Below are positions 12,889 to 25,856 of a stretch of DNA of 64,000 bases, piece after piece (within the stretch, counting starts at the first letter, position 1; each line of letters begins with the position of its first letter). The position numbers and the translations under genes were made by a program. Origin of the DNA: Raja brachyura (lineage: Eukaryota); the NCBI GenBank assembly GCA_963514005.1, contig OY740797.1:20150001-20214000 (forward strand). Direction: 5' to 3'. The notes beneath the pieces were generated by a model. The model was not told the origin of the DNA. It worked only from the letters and a program-made list of their open reading frames with translations, and made no database searches.

Positions 12889-13257
12889 TCTGTCACCCAG
12901 CCTGGCACTGCCCCAGTCCCACTATGGCCGTTACCCCCACTCTCCCCACTGTGGCAATCAGTGGGGTTCAGTAAAAGGGGGAACCCAGAGGATCTGTTCT
13001 GACCTTTTAATTAGGTAGGTTCATGACCCTTAAAACCTGGGACCTCTGCTGCAGTCTCATTGCATTTCCTATTTAGTGCGACTGGAAGAAGCCTTGCAGG
13101 ACTGTCCCCCAGCCTGGCACTGCCCCAGTCCCACTATGGCCGTGACCCCCACTCTGCACACTGGCAGTCAGTGGGGTTCAGTAAAGGGAGGAACCCATAG
13201 GAACTGTCCTCACCCATAATTTAGGCTGGTTCAGGAGCAGGACCTCTGCGACAGTGT
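12889..13257 (+). repeat. Imperfect direct repeat, two units about 210 bp apart
   Basis: ccagcctggcactgccccagtcccactatggccgt...cagtggggttcagtaaa occurs at about 12897 and about 13109. Confidence 0.85.
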
Positions 13258-13649
13258 CATTAAAAAAACTCACAATTATATTCATCATATTATTTTATAT
13301 AATATAATTATACTTAATTATATATGATTACAGCCATATTTACAAGTCATATATATATAGGTATAATAATATATAGTTTAAATGGACTGCAACACGGAAA
13401 TAGGCTGCCCATGGTGTAATATGGGCATTGGCCACTAGATGGTGTTTACTTTCCCGATCTCATTTTCTAATTAGTTTAATTAATTAATGTGCAACTTTTG
13501 GCACTGTCGAGTTATGACTTCCTTCTCAATTATATTTCATCTAAATCTGTGGAAAATTTCATGTAGTTCTGTGACGTGGGTCACGAAAACTGATTTCTAG
13601 ACACATTTTTGATGCTCGGCCCACAGCCTAATGAACTTCTGAGGTATTC

Positions 13650-14760
13650 CATACCCAACAAAAGGATATATACTGCCGATTTGTATCAGCTTGAATCAGT
13701 TTCAGTATGTACTGCTGTATAAATCATTGATGCCCTCAGGTGTTTCGTCCTTCTGATGAATAGGTACGTCAAACAGTAGCATGCTGCAATCAAGTATCAT
13801 TGTTGCTTATAGATGAACAAAACAAGGCGTGCTATGCCTTGTTGGTGTCTCAGTGGGCATCATGTCTTCTTTCTGTCGAATGATTCTGCATTTCTGGCAT
13901 ACACTACATTTAGACATAATATTTTCTATTTATTTGGATATGTTCATCAAGTAGTCAGGCGATTCCAGCTCCAAACTTGCAATTTTCCATTCCCACTTGG
14001 CCTTTAAGGATTTATTTAGGTATTTAATTTACTATGTGATGGATGTTTACATCAAGGCCTTCTATCTTGTGCTTCTCACACGGTGAGATGCAAGATGGAC
14101 CTTTGGCAACCATCACTCCCCGACCTGGTTTGTACCTCAGGGTGAAATAGTAGCTCTGAAGCCTCTTGAGCAGTATTTGAAGCCTGGCTGATGCTGAACA
14201 GAGATTATTTTTGTTGATTTGTTCTGGCAGACGAAGGTCACTCTCAACTTTGAACTTGCTTCCATAAAAATAGGAGTGAAACCTTTCACATCCGTGGACC
14301 ACAGCCAGGAATTTCCCTTCGATATTGTGGTATCTTGTTTCGTCTGGTGTTAGAGGTTTTCAGGCGATTGGTCTGCCATTTTGAAATAGGGTCCCACCTC
14401 TATTTGTAGAGTGACGGGCTTTATTTTTGTTGTTGTAATATTGCAGTGCTGTCTCAATAGTGATGATTTGTTTGAGTCTGTTGAAATTTTGCTTATGGGA
14501 GGCAGACCTCTGGCAATCACCTTCCTCTTATCATCTCTCTTGGGTTGGCCGTGTGGTCGTCCATTTTGTGCTTGAAGCACCCATGTACTATATGAACGCT
14601 TCGCAGTTACCAGTTTTCACCAGTTTTGTATTATCAGGATTCTGTTCGTAGCAGAACATATTTATCTGTTAGCTCAGAGCTCAGGGTCATCTCATAAATC
14701 TTATTTGGCAAAGCCTGAATTTCTCGCTCCGGTTTTCCATCAGTTTCCTTAAGTCTGCTA
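13650..14760 (-). mobile_element. Gypsy-type LTR retrotransposon pol remnant (RNase H region)
   Basis: VHGCERFHSYFYGSKFKVESD...ARLQILLKRLQSYYFTLRYKPG is typical of Ty3/Gypsy RNase H; boundaries approximate. Confidence 0.7.
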
Positions 14761-15699
14761 TTCATTAAGTTTCTACTTCGTAGCCAGATGCACGTAATAC
14801 AACCTTAGTCAACCACCATAGATTAGATTTAGATATTTAAAGACACCTTTCATAGGCATGTGAAATAAAATGCACTGCCACATAATTTTGGAGCTAACCA
14901 AATGCATTGCTAGCAAGATGCTTCTCTGAGTTAGTCCAATTTGCCTGTGTTTGGCCCGTACCCCTGTAAAAATGTCCACCCATAAACTTGACTAACTGTT
15001 GTATTTTAACTTTATATGTGTGCCGACCTCTGCAGCTTCATTTGGCAGCTCTCTCCACATACTTAAAAAATGCAGTAAATTACTCAGATCCTGGCTGGGA
15101 CATGCGGTCAGGGTATGGAGGGCCTCACCTGTCATACTCCCAATGAAAATAGCTGTTAAGAAAAGTAAAGAAAAATAATAATAAAATAAAATAAATATAA
15201 AGATTTTTCCACTGATCTGTGTTATAAATGTCATTTCCATATGAATCTAATCATTTGTTATAGTAAAAATTGCAAACTGTTCGCAGCTCCGCTGCAAATA
15301 CATGGAGAGAAGAGAGGTGAGGCAGCAACGAGCTGAGCCTCCCCTCTGATTGCGCAACCCCTTAGAAACTGCATGGAGCACGGGTAATAAGCGTGTGCCT
15401 GTTACCATCTCAATGAATGTCACCAAAGTAATGTGTGTAAACCCCTTCATTACATTTCCTTGCCTTCCATAGTCAAGTAACGTATTTCACGTATAAAGAT
15501 ATTAAATTTGTGCTCGCTGGTCTCACATAAAACTGCATTGAAAAAGCTCCAGGGTAGGCAGCGATCACGTCTGCCTCACAAGGGCACGTGTCTTGAGCCC
15601 AGTGGAGGAAGAGCGAGCATCAATTATGTAGGTTCAAATAAATGACACTGCTGCACTCTCCCTCCACTTTACCTAGCTTCAGGCGCAGACCAAAGATCA

Positions 15700-16233
15700 T
15701 GGAGCAGACTGATTCCTGGGATGTACCAGACTGATTCCTGGGATATACCAGACTGATTCCTGGGATGTCAGGACTGTCTTATGAACAAAGACTGCATAGA
15801 CTCGGTTTATACTCTCTAGAATTTAGGAGATTGAGAGGGGATCTTATAGAAACTTACAAGATTCTTAAGGGGTTGGACAGGCTAGATGCAGGAAGATTGT
15901 TCCCGATGTTGGGGAGGTCCAGGACAAGGGGTCACAGCTTAAGGATAAGGGGGAAATCCTTTAGGACCGAGATGAGAAGGAATTTTTTCACACAGAGAGT
16001 GGTGGGTCTCTGGAACTCTCTGCCACAGAGGGTAGTTGAGGCCAGTTCATTGGATATATTTAAGAGGGAGTTAGATGTGGCCCTTGTGGCTAAGGGGATT
16101 AGAGGGTATGGAGAGAAGGCAGGTGCGGGATACTGAGTTGGATGATCAGCCATGATCATATTGAATGGCGGTGCATGCTCGAAGGGCCGAATGGCCTATT
16201 CCTGCACCTAATTTCTATGTGTCTATGTTTCTA
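15700..16233 (+). mobile_element. CR1 3' fragment
   Basis: ORF 15765-16136 closely matches the C-terminus of the 2142-3842 CR1; ends in tttctatgtgtctatgtttcta. Confidence 0.92.
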
Positions 16234-16614
16234 ACAAGATACGCCACTCGGGAAGGTAGACTTTGTCGGTACATTAGAAAGTTATTTGATTTTTAAAAAA
16301 TAGATCTATACTTATCACGATTAAAAAAGTCATAAATTGTTGTACTTCTGTACATTTTTGTTTAGTTCATGTAAGGCAGGGAGTCTCCAAAATATGGCCC
16401 GCGGGACACATCAGGTCCACCACCTAATTTTGCAAGCTCAGATTCGAGTCGGTGATCGCGGCGTCCCGGGGCTGCTCTTAGTGTTGTTACCGGTTAGATC
16501 TCTCGGATTGTCAGAGCCGAGACATCACAGGGCCACCATGAAGAAGGGTGCAATGGTGCGGTTGGGGGGGGGGTCGGCGGCGGTCAGAATGGGACGGTTG
16601 CAGGTTATAACGTT

Positions 16615-17025
16615 CCTCTCTCCCTTCTCTCTCTCTCCCCATTCTCTCTCTCTCCCCATTCCCTCTCTCTCTCTCCCCATTCCCTCTCTCTCTCCCCATT
16701 CCCTCTCTCTCTCTCCCCATTCTCTCTCTCTCTCCTTCTCTCTCCCCCCATTCTCTCTCTCTCTTTTCTCTCTCTCTTCCTTCTATCTCTCCTNNNNNNN
16801 NNNNNNNNNNNNNNNNNNNNNNNNNNNNNNNNNNNNNNNNNNNNNNNNNNNNNNNNNNNNNNNNNNNNNNNNNNNNNNNNNNNNNNNNNNNNNNNNNNNN
16901 NNNNNNNNNNNNNNNNNNNNNNCTCTCTCCCTCCCTTCAATCTCTCTCTCCCTTCTCTCTCTCTCTCTCCCTCCATTCTCTTCTCTATCCCTCCCTCCCA
17001 GCCACGGGTCCACCCCTCTCTCTCC
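16615..17025 (+). repeat. CT-rich simple repeat spanning an assembly gap (N 16794-16922)
   Basis: (ctctctctccccatt)n units around the N run. Confidence 0.9.
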
Positions 17026-17709
17026 TCAGGGAGATGCGGTGATCAATACAGGGAGGGCCGGGCCACTGATACTAGCCAGTGCCTCCCCAGCCATTGACCT
17101 CACTGCACGTCACTGGATCTTGGCTATCGTATAATGCTAGATATTTTATATTTAATGAGAGAGTGGCAGGACAGTGCTCTTTCAGTGTTTTCCTTTCTGG
17201 GTTGGATATGCATGATTGAATGCATTGTGGATTTCTAGTGAAAACCTCTGTGGACAAGAGCCCATTAAATGTGAGTTAGGATGGACTTGCAGCTTGCCTA
17301 TTACTTGCTTCTGCTGCACAAATGTACGCTGTGAATACATAGTTGAAGTAGTTTGCACAGGATGCTGGATGTGAATGACGCACTGAAATAAAATATTTAG
17401 CAATGCTGCATCTTTCACATAATGGCTCTGTCTCACAGTGCGAGTCCACCCACGAGTGATCCCGAGTGAAAGAAAAAATCATACTCGTTGCTGTCTATGA
17501 GATTCCAAGTTTATGTTCACGAGTTTAAACGAGATCCCACGTGTATGTCTAAGTTTGCCGTTTACTTCTCATTTCTGCGATGTACCAAGTTCCTCTTCCG
17601 AGTTCCCAAGTTCCTCTCCCGCGTTACTCTTGAGCCAACCGTGAATGAAGGCCTGTTTTAAGTATCAAATAGAGGAGCTGGACAGCATCTCATACAGTAA
17701 GTATATTCT

Positions 17710-20700
17710 TTCTTTTTTTTTTATAGATTTTTATTAGAGGCCATACATATTACAAATAATATAACAATTATTTCAGATATAATTAATACATCTTTCCAAA
17801 ATTATATAAATATTACCAAACCATGTATATAGGCCTCCATTTGTTTAGTAGTATGAAAAAGAGAAAAAGAAAAAAGTATAAAGAAAGAATAGTGAGTAAT
17901 TTGAAGAATATGATTATATTTGATTAAAAGGGGAAAAATAAATAAATAAAAAATAAAAATAATAATTTAAAAAACCCTATAACTAGTAAACAATTATTAT
18001 ACTTGAGGAAAAGAAAACAGTATACATCTTATCAATGAATGGAACAATTTCTAATTATAATATATAGAGACAAGTATATAAATCTGAAATTAAACATTTT
18101 TGTTTGATCTTCCCACCGGGTACTTATTGAGTTTCAATGCCGAGGCCAGCTACCCCTTCATATAATCAGTGAATGGAGACCATATTTGTTCAAAAAGCTC
18201 AAGTTTATCCATTAGGATAAACCTAATTCTCTCCAGTTGTAACGTCTCCAACATTTCCACTGTCCACATTTTAATTGTCGGGGATAATGGTCCCTTCCAA
18301 AATTTTAATATTAATTTTTTTCCAATTATTAAACAATAATCCAGAAAATTTCTTTGATTTGCTGTTAAAGTTTGGTTTGAATCTGATACCCCAAATATAA
18401 TTAATTTTGGGTCAGGGCTTAATGTAATCTTTAAAACTATGGAAATAATTTTGAAAATCTCAGTCCAATAACTATTAAGTTTTGTACATATTACAAAACT
18501 ATGAGTTAAATCGGCTTCTATGTGCTGACATTTATCACACAGTGGTGATATATTAGGAAAGATTCTATTTAATTTCTTTTTTGAGTAGTGTAATCTATGT
18601 ATTACTTTGAATTGTATCAAAGTATGTCTGGCATTTAACGAACAGCGATGAATTCGTTGTAAGCTTTCTTCCCAAAAATCTTCTGATATCGGTAAACCAA
18701 TTTCATTTTCCCATTTTTGTCGAAATAGTTCAGTTTTTGTCATTTCCCTGTCCAAAAGAATATTATATATATATGCTATTAATTTTTCTGTTGTTGGATG
18801 CTTGTTAAGTACTTCATCCAGTAAACCTGGATCTCTATTTCTATAATTTAGCGTATTTAATTTGACATAATCTCTAATTTGTAAATATCTAAATAAATTA
18901 TTTGCTTGCAATCCATAAATCTCTTTCAACTCCTGAAATGAGAGGAATTTCCCATTCCTATAAAGATGTTCTACCCTTATTATTCCTAAATTTTTCCAAT
19001 GTCTAAAGCCCACATCCAATGTCGAATGTTTAAACATAGGATTATTCATAATTGGTAAACAAAGTGGCATAGTTTCTAAATGTAAAGTCTTGATGATTTG
19101 TTTCCAAATATGTATATTATTTAAAATTATAGGGTTTTCCTTATATGATTTTTTTGTACCTCTCCGGGGGCAAGGAATATTGTGCTTATATCGAATGGGA
19201 AACAATCTTCCTTTTCAATTCTTAACCAAACCGGGTCCTGTTCCATCTGTACCAACCAATAATTAAAGTTCTTAATCTGAACCGCCCAAAAATAATATAA
19301 AAAATTAGGTAGAGCTAGGCCACCATTTATCTTAGACTTACATAAGTGTGTTTTACTTATTCTGTGATTTTTATAATCCCAAATAAAGCTGTTAACTATA
19401 GAATCAATTAAAAAAACAATTTTTTAGGAAGATATAACGGGATGGCTTGAAATAAATATAGTAATTGAGGCAAAAAAATCATTTTAATGGCATTTATTCT
19501 ACCGATCATTGATATCGGTAATGTTTTCCAATATAAAATATTATTTTTTAATTTATTTAATAATTGGGGGAAATTTGATTTAAATAAAGAGTTATAAGAT
19601 TTTGATACATTAATTCCAAGATATTTAATTTGATTATTAGCTATTTTAAATGGAATTTTTTGTAATTTATTCAATTTAATTCCTATAATAGGCATAATTT
19701 CACTTTTATTCCAGTTAATTCTATATCCTGAGAACCTACTAAATTCATTTATAACTTCAAGTAATTTAGGGATACTAATCTCTGGTTTTGTTATGTATAT
19801 TAAAACATCATCTGCATATAAAGATATTTTATTAATTGTGGTTTTAGTATTATATCCATAGATTTCTGGTTCTGATCTAATCCTTTCGGCCAATAATTCT
19901 ATAGCGAGTGCAAATAATAAGGGTGATAATGGACAGCCTTGTCTATAACCCCTAGGAAGATTAAATTTTGCTGATAACATTTGGTTTGTTAGGATTCTTG
20001 CTGTTGGGCCAGAGTATAAAATTCTAACCCATTTGCAAAATCCTTCTCCCAGTTGAAATTTCTGCATTATCCTAAATAAGTAAGGCCATTCAACCTGGTC
20101 AAACGCCTTCTCCGCATCCAGGGATATAATTGCTAATTCAATATCAATCATTCTTTTCGAGTAAATGATATTAAATAGACGTCTTAAATTATAAGTGGAG
20201 TAACGTTTAGGAATAAAACCTGTTTGATCATGATGTATTAATCTATTGATCACTAAACTTAACCTTTGAGATAAAATTTTTGTTAATATTTTTTGATCTG
20301 TATTTAATAAGAGCTATTGCTCTGTATGATCCTCGGTCTTCTGGATCTTTGTCTGCCTTAGGAATAAGTGTAATTGTGGATTCTTTTAGGGTTTCTGGAA
20401 GTTGTTCTTGTTCGTAGGCAGCTTTGTACATAGTTTGTAGCCGTGGGACGATCAAATCATGAAACGGCTAATAAAATTCAACCCCCAAACCGTCGGGTCC
20501 TGCAGCTTTACCATTCTTCAATGATCTAATTGATTCCTCAATATCTTTTGCTGATATTTCAGCATCTAATTATTCTCTACCTTCCTGATCTAATCCATTA
20601 ATGTGACATTTCTGGAGAAACGTTTCCATTCCCTCGTGTTGATCCATCACCTTTGATGTATAAAGTTTTTGATAGTATTGTTGGAATCTATCATTAATGT

Positions 20701-23700
20701 CTTTTGGTAAAGTTAATATTTCTCCTTGTTCAGATTTGACCTTGTATATTATTTTTTCTTCTTCTGATTTTCTTAGTTGCCGAGCTAACAATTTATGCGG
20801 TTTATCCCCAAATTCAAAATATACTTGTTTGGTCTTTTGAAAAAGTTTAATAACATACTTTGATTGTATCTCATTTAATTTATATTTTAATGTTGCAATT
20901 TTATTATGTATAACCCTAGATGGAGACACAGCATTTTCCATGTCCAACTGCCTTATTTCATTTTCCAATTTCTGTTGAATCTTTCGATTTTCCTTGTTCA
21001 GATGTGCCTGCGCAGAAATTATAGCACCCCGTATAAAAGCTTTAAATGTGTCCCATAAAAGAGATGATGAGATTCCAGGTTTATCATTGGTTTCAAAAAA
21101 TAATTCAATCTGTTTAACCAGATAATCTGAGCACGCTTTATCATTTAATATATGAGGATTAAATCTCCATTGCGAATATCCTTTAGTTATACCCTTTAAA
21201 TTAATCTTGAATGTTAATGGAGCATGATCCGAGATAATAATATTATGATATTTTGAGTCATACGTAAATGGGACAAGTTTTGAATCTATTAGGAAATAAT
21301 CTATCCTAGAGTATGTTCCAAATACCGGAGAGTAAAATTAGTATTCTCGACCATTAGGATTATCATTTCTCCAAATATCTTTGACATTAGCTGACCTAAT
21401 AAAGGAATTTATGAATTCGCTTGATTTAGAAATAGCCTTCCTTTTGGTTGATGATCTGTCCAAATAATTATCCAAAGCGCAATTTAAGTCACCCCCAATT
21501 ATTAGATTGTGCTGTGTTACTATAGGAATAGTGTTAAATATTTTCTTAAAAAATAGCGGATTATCAAAATTTGGGCCATATATATTCATAAGTACAACCT
21601 TCTTCGAGTATAGTTCACCCGTAACTATTATATATCTACCTTCAGGATCCTCTATTATTGAGCTATGTTTAAATTGAATACCTTTACAAATAAGGATGGC
21701 AACTCCTCGAGATTTATGAGTAAATGATGAATGATACACCATAGAAATCCAATTTGCCGTTAATCTATATTGTGCATCCTTTTTTTAGATGTGTCTCTTG
21801 AAGATAAATTATATCAGCTTTCATTCTATTTAATTGCGCCAAAACCTTACCTCTTTTAATTGGTTCATTAATACCTTTTACATTCCAACTACAGAAGGTG
21901 ATTCCATCACCCCCCTTTTTCTTATTAGAATCTTGCATTTGGATATTATGGTGGATTATAATGAGGTAGATGTCTCAGCATACACATCCCAATTTCGTAC
22001 CCTAGTTTGTGATCAACTAATACTAATAACATTATCTGACATACATATCCCCTCCAGTCTACTGTATAATACCATTCAAAAGTAAAGTAATATAATTCCA
22101 CATATAATATATTAAAAAAAAATATTTAAAAAAAAGGAAAACAAGTTAATAATATTATTAGAAAAGTGCAGGAAAGAAAAAGTGTCTATAGCTACGTTAG
22201 GTGATGCTAGTGTAACCCACAGTAGCGTGGCTGTTAATCTACGGACTTCCGTTGGGGAAAAAAAAAGATGTTTATATTTCCAGCTCCGTAAATGCCTTAA
22301 GGGCAATATATTTAGGGGCGGGGTGTTACATTTCCATTCTTATTAATGCTATATTGTTTTAATTACTGCTATCATTTTAAATTGTTTAAGGAGGTATCAC
22401 ATACATTTGTTAATAATGGTTAGTACTAAACTAATACTATTGTATATTAATTTTTTATTAATAATCATTGAGCTCTCCAAGTCCAATAATTTTAAAAGTT
22501 CATCATTCTTCCTCCTTATTGCTGGGTGTACATCGGCATCAGGTAAGTATTGAGTATGATTCAAGTTCGTTATTCTTCATCCTCATCTTCATCTTCTCTC
22601 TGTGTTCCCTCTGCTTCTCCTTCTTCTTCCTCATCCAACTCCTTCTCGATTTTACGGGCGAACTCCAGAGCTTCGGTATGTTTAGTGAAGTGGTGCTCTT
22701 TATTATCGTAGCTTACTCGTAATGTGGCAGGGTACATCAGGCCATATCTCACGCCCTTTATATTCCTGAGGATGTGCCTTGTTTCAGTAAAAAGGGCTCT
22801 TCTCCTGGCCACTTCCGCAGGATAATCTCTGAATATGCTGATCTTGTCACCATCATAAAACAGATTCTGTTTGTGAATTATTATCTTCATCATATCTTCC
22901 AAAACATGATCGTAGACCACTTTCACAATCAGTTGTCTTGGTGGTGAACCAGTCTTTGGACGTCGTCTCAGTGCTCTGTGCGCTCGGCCAAGTAGGGGTG
23001 CTTGATCCAGATTCAAGACACTCTTCAGAAGATTTGCAGCGAACTCTCTGGTGTCTTGAGCTCCCTCCTTGCAAGTCAATACATTTCTCAGTTATTTTAT
23101 TCAATAAGTCTGTTAAACGCTTGTTCTCGGAGAGAAGTTTGTCATTCGCCTTAGCACTTGAGTCAGCAATACTGGTCAATTCCTTTATTGCATCGTGTTG
23201 TTGATCAAGTGTTCTCTTAATAGGTTCCAACTTGAGATCAACCGCGAGTTCCAAACCACCAACTTTCTGATTTACTTCATCCATCTGTTGTTTTAGATCA
23301 GCATCTGCTTTTGTCTTCCATTCATCCATCATAATTTTTACAGTGTTTACAACTTCTTTTTTCAACTCCTCTTTAACTTGCTCTTTAAATACTTCAATAT
23401 CAACTCTGAGCAACTTAAATTCTTCTTTATATTCTTTTTTCATTTTTTTAAGCTCACCCATAATGGTAGTTTTCAGATCCTCCATTTCTGATTTCTTCTT
23501 TGGGATATCCTCCAGAGAGCCAGTCAAACTCGAGGTCGAGGCTTCAGCTGGGCCGACCTCTTTTTTCGGCACTGTTCTTTTCACTTTGGGAGGGGGGGGG
23601 TTCTTTTCATCAACATTACTGCTTTAAAAGTCGCGCGCCTGATGACGTCACGGACCTTATCTAGCTGCCGGTGCCGTTCACAAACGTTCCTCTCTGGTGA

Positions 23701-23797
23701 ATAGCTATAAATAACCCCGTTTTTTCCCGTTTTTAATACAATTTTTGTGGAGCTGGACGGCGCTAGTTCCTCCTACTCCATAGCGCCACTGGAAGTC
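17710..23797 (-). mobile_element. Full-length (about 6.1 kb) degenerate L1-clade LINE with 10-bp TSD
   Basis: TSD agtatattct at 17700-17709 and 23798-23807. 5' end GACTTCCAGTGGCGC. Coiled-coil ORF1 (23584-22570, broken). ORF2 starts near 21938 (ITFCSWNVKG...LQETHL endonuclease; SLDAEKAFD, RQGCPLSPLLF and LYADD in RT) with several frameshifts. T-rich tail at the left end. Confidence 0.93.
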
Positions 23798-24783
23798 AGT
23801 ATATTCTGATTCTGGATTGAAAGTTATTCAATTTCAGAACTTAAAACTAGGCAGGATCTTGGCCCCACACTCACTGCCATTGTGCAGCAAGGAGGTGGTG
23901 GCGGCGAAGCAACAGTGTTAAAGAAGACAACTCCATCCTGTGGCTTTGAGATAAAGATAGAATTCAGCACGGTCGCATCTATTGATATGACCTACAAAGG
24001 GAAAATGTGCACCGTCCAGTGCCAGAGCGTTTCTCTCTGCTTCATATACGTGGGAATTCCCTCAGTATGGTCACGCAGCGGGACAGGCAGCATCTCTGGA
24101 GAGAAGGAATGGGTGATGGGATGATGTTTCCAAAATTCTGCTGTGTCTTTGTGTTACTCCTTCGGCCCAGCTTGGCCGTGCCGTCCAAGTTGGCATCTTG
24201 GGGTAGTCCTATTTTCCTGCATGTGGGCCATAGCCCTCTTAACTCCTCCCATCCATTTATCTGTCATTAATAACCTCAAGAAAATTCCTGCTTTAGTTTC
24301 TTGGGTCCAACTCAGAGAAGTCTCCCCCCTTTCCAGGGTTAATCACTCCACTGTTTATAATGCTCTCTGCATTATGAAGTCCTCGACAGTGAACCCCATG
24401 GGCACTAACTACCAAAGTGTCTGCCCACACAGTCAGTACATTTGTCTCCCGTACTATGCCACCCCAATCCCCCCCCTCCTCCCCTCACACCCCTCCCCTC
24501 CCCCCCTCCCTCCTCTCCCCCTCCTCCCCCCCACCTTTCCCTCCCAACTCCAGTCCCGTCCCGACCTGCTGGGAAACTGAAGGGAGCGACAATCAACTGC
24601 AATGGATACAAATAATGTCATACACAAGAAAGGGCAGATGTTGGTTGACAAAAAGTGAACACACGGTACTGGACTTAACACAAAGACGCAGCAGAAATTT
24701 GGAAACGTCATACCATCACCCATTCCTTCCCTCCTGAGATGCTGCCTGTCCCGCTGAGTTAAAGAGTTCCTACGGTAGACTCA

Positions 24784-25856
24784 TGCCCCTGTCCCACTTA
24801 GGAAACCTGAACGGAAACGTCTGGAGACCTTGCACCCCACCCATGGTTTCTGTGAGGTTCCCGGAGATTCCGGTCACTCTCCCTAATGGTGGAAAGTAGT
24901 TTCCGTGTAGTCGAGGCTTCTTCTATGTTCCTGCAATTATTTTTAAAAAAACAAAACCGGCCTTGATTAAAAATAGGTTGCCATTTGGTCGAAGCCAGTG
25001 GAGTGGGGTTGCTATTTACTTACAGGCAGTCGAAGGCAATCGCCTTCGCTGACCGGCCATTTTGATTGGCTCATTGGAGTTTTCAGCAAATATTCTGTCA
25101 GAACTTTGGTTTTCAGGACCTATAAGATCTACCGGAAGGTAAAATGCCGGCTAACTTTATTAAACTTCTTAAAACTGTCTCTACTCCTTCTCTCTCCCTT
25201 TCTCTCTCCCCTTCTCTCTCTCCTTCTCTCTCCCCTTCTACCCCCCCTTTCACCCCCCCTTTCTCCCCCCCTTTCTCCCCCCCCTTTCTCCCCCCCCCCC
25301 TTTCTCCCCCCTTCTCCCCCCTTCTCCCCCCCTTCTCCCCCCCTTCTCCCCCCCTTCTCCCCCCCTTCTCCCCCCCCTTCTCCCCCTTCTCCCCCCCTTC
25401 TCCCCCCCCTTCTCCCCCCCTTCTCCCCCCCTTCTCCCCCCCTCTCCCCCCCCTTCTCCCCCCCTTCTCCCCCCCCTTCTCCCCCCCCTTCTCCCCCCCT
25501 TCCCTCCCCCCCTTCCTCCCCCCTTCCTCCCCCCCTTCCTCCCCCCCTTCCTCCCCCCCTTCCTCCCCCCCCTTCCTCCCCCCCTTCCTCCCCCCCCTTC
25601 CTCCCCCCCCTTCCTCCCCCCCCCTTATCCCTCCCCTTGTGTGTGTGTGTGCGCGCGATCGGTAGCAAAGATCCTAAAAGGATCTTTGATCAGTAGATGC
25701 AGCTCACGCTTCGGTCGAGGCTTTTCAGGCAAGTGACCAAAACCTCTGGGGACTCATGGAGAGTGACCAGAACCTCCAGGAACCTCACGAAAACCTTGAG
25801 TGGGGCGCAAGGTCTCCAGAGGTTTCCGTTCAGGTTTCCTAGGTGGGACAGGGGCA
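24784..25856. mobile_element. PIF/Harbinger-like non-autonomous element with about 55-bp TIRs and TCA TSD, carrying a C/T-rich satellite
   Basis: TGCCCCTGTCCCACTTAGGAAACCTGAACGGAAAC... / ...GTTTCCGTTCAGGTTTCCTAGGTGGGACAGGGGCA; TCA at 24781-24783 and 25857-25859; (CCCCTT/CT)n at about 25180-25635. Confidence 0.85.

Larger units (their letters stand above)
10690..13630. mobile_element. Non-autonomous DNA transposon with TAG...CTA termini (Academ-like)
   Basis: Termini TAGGCTGTGGG / CCCACAGCCTA. Subterminal inverted repeats tttcgtgacccaagtcacagaacaacatgaaat / atttcatgtagttctgtgacgtgggtcacgaaa. ATG flanks both ends (possible 3-bp TSD). Confidence 0.6.

Noticed and set aside
12889-13257. Direct repeats considered as a CRISPR-like array or LTR pair
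   Set aside because: Only two imperfect units, no spacers, no TG...CA ends or internal coding region; vertebrate context.
24998-25696. Long Pro-rich/Gly-rich ORFs on both strands
   Set aside because: Translation of a C/T simple repeat inside a MITE; the same applies to ORFs at 1366-1777, 16337-17134 and 47474-47989.
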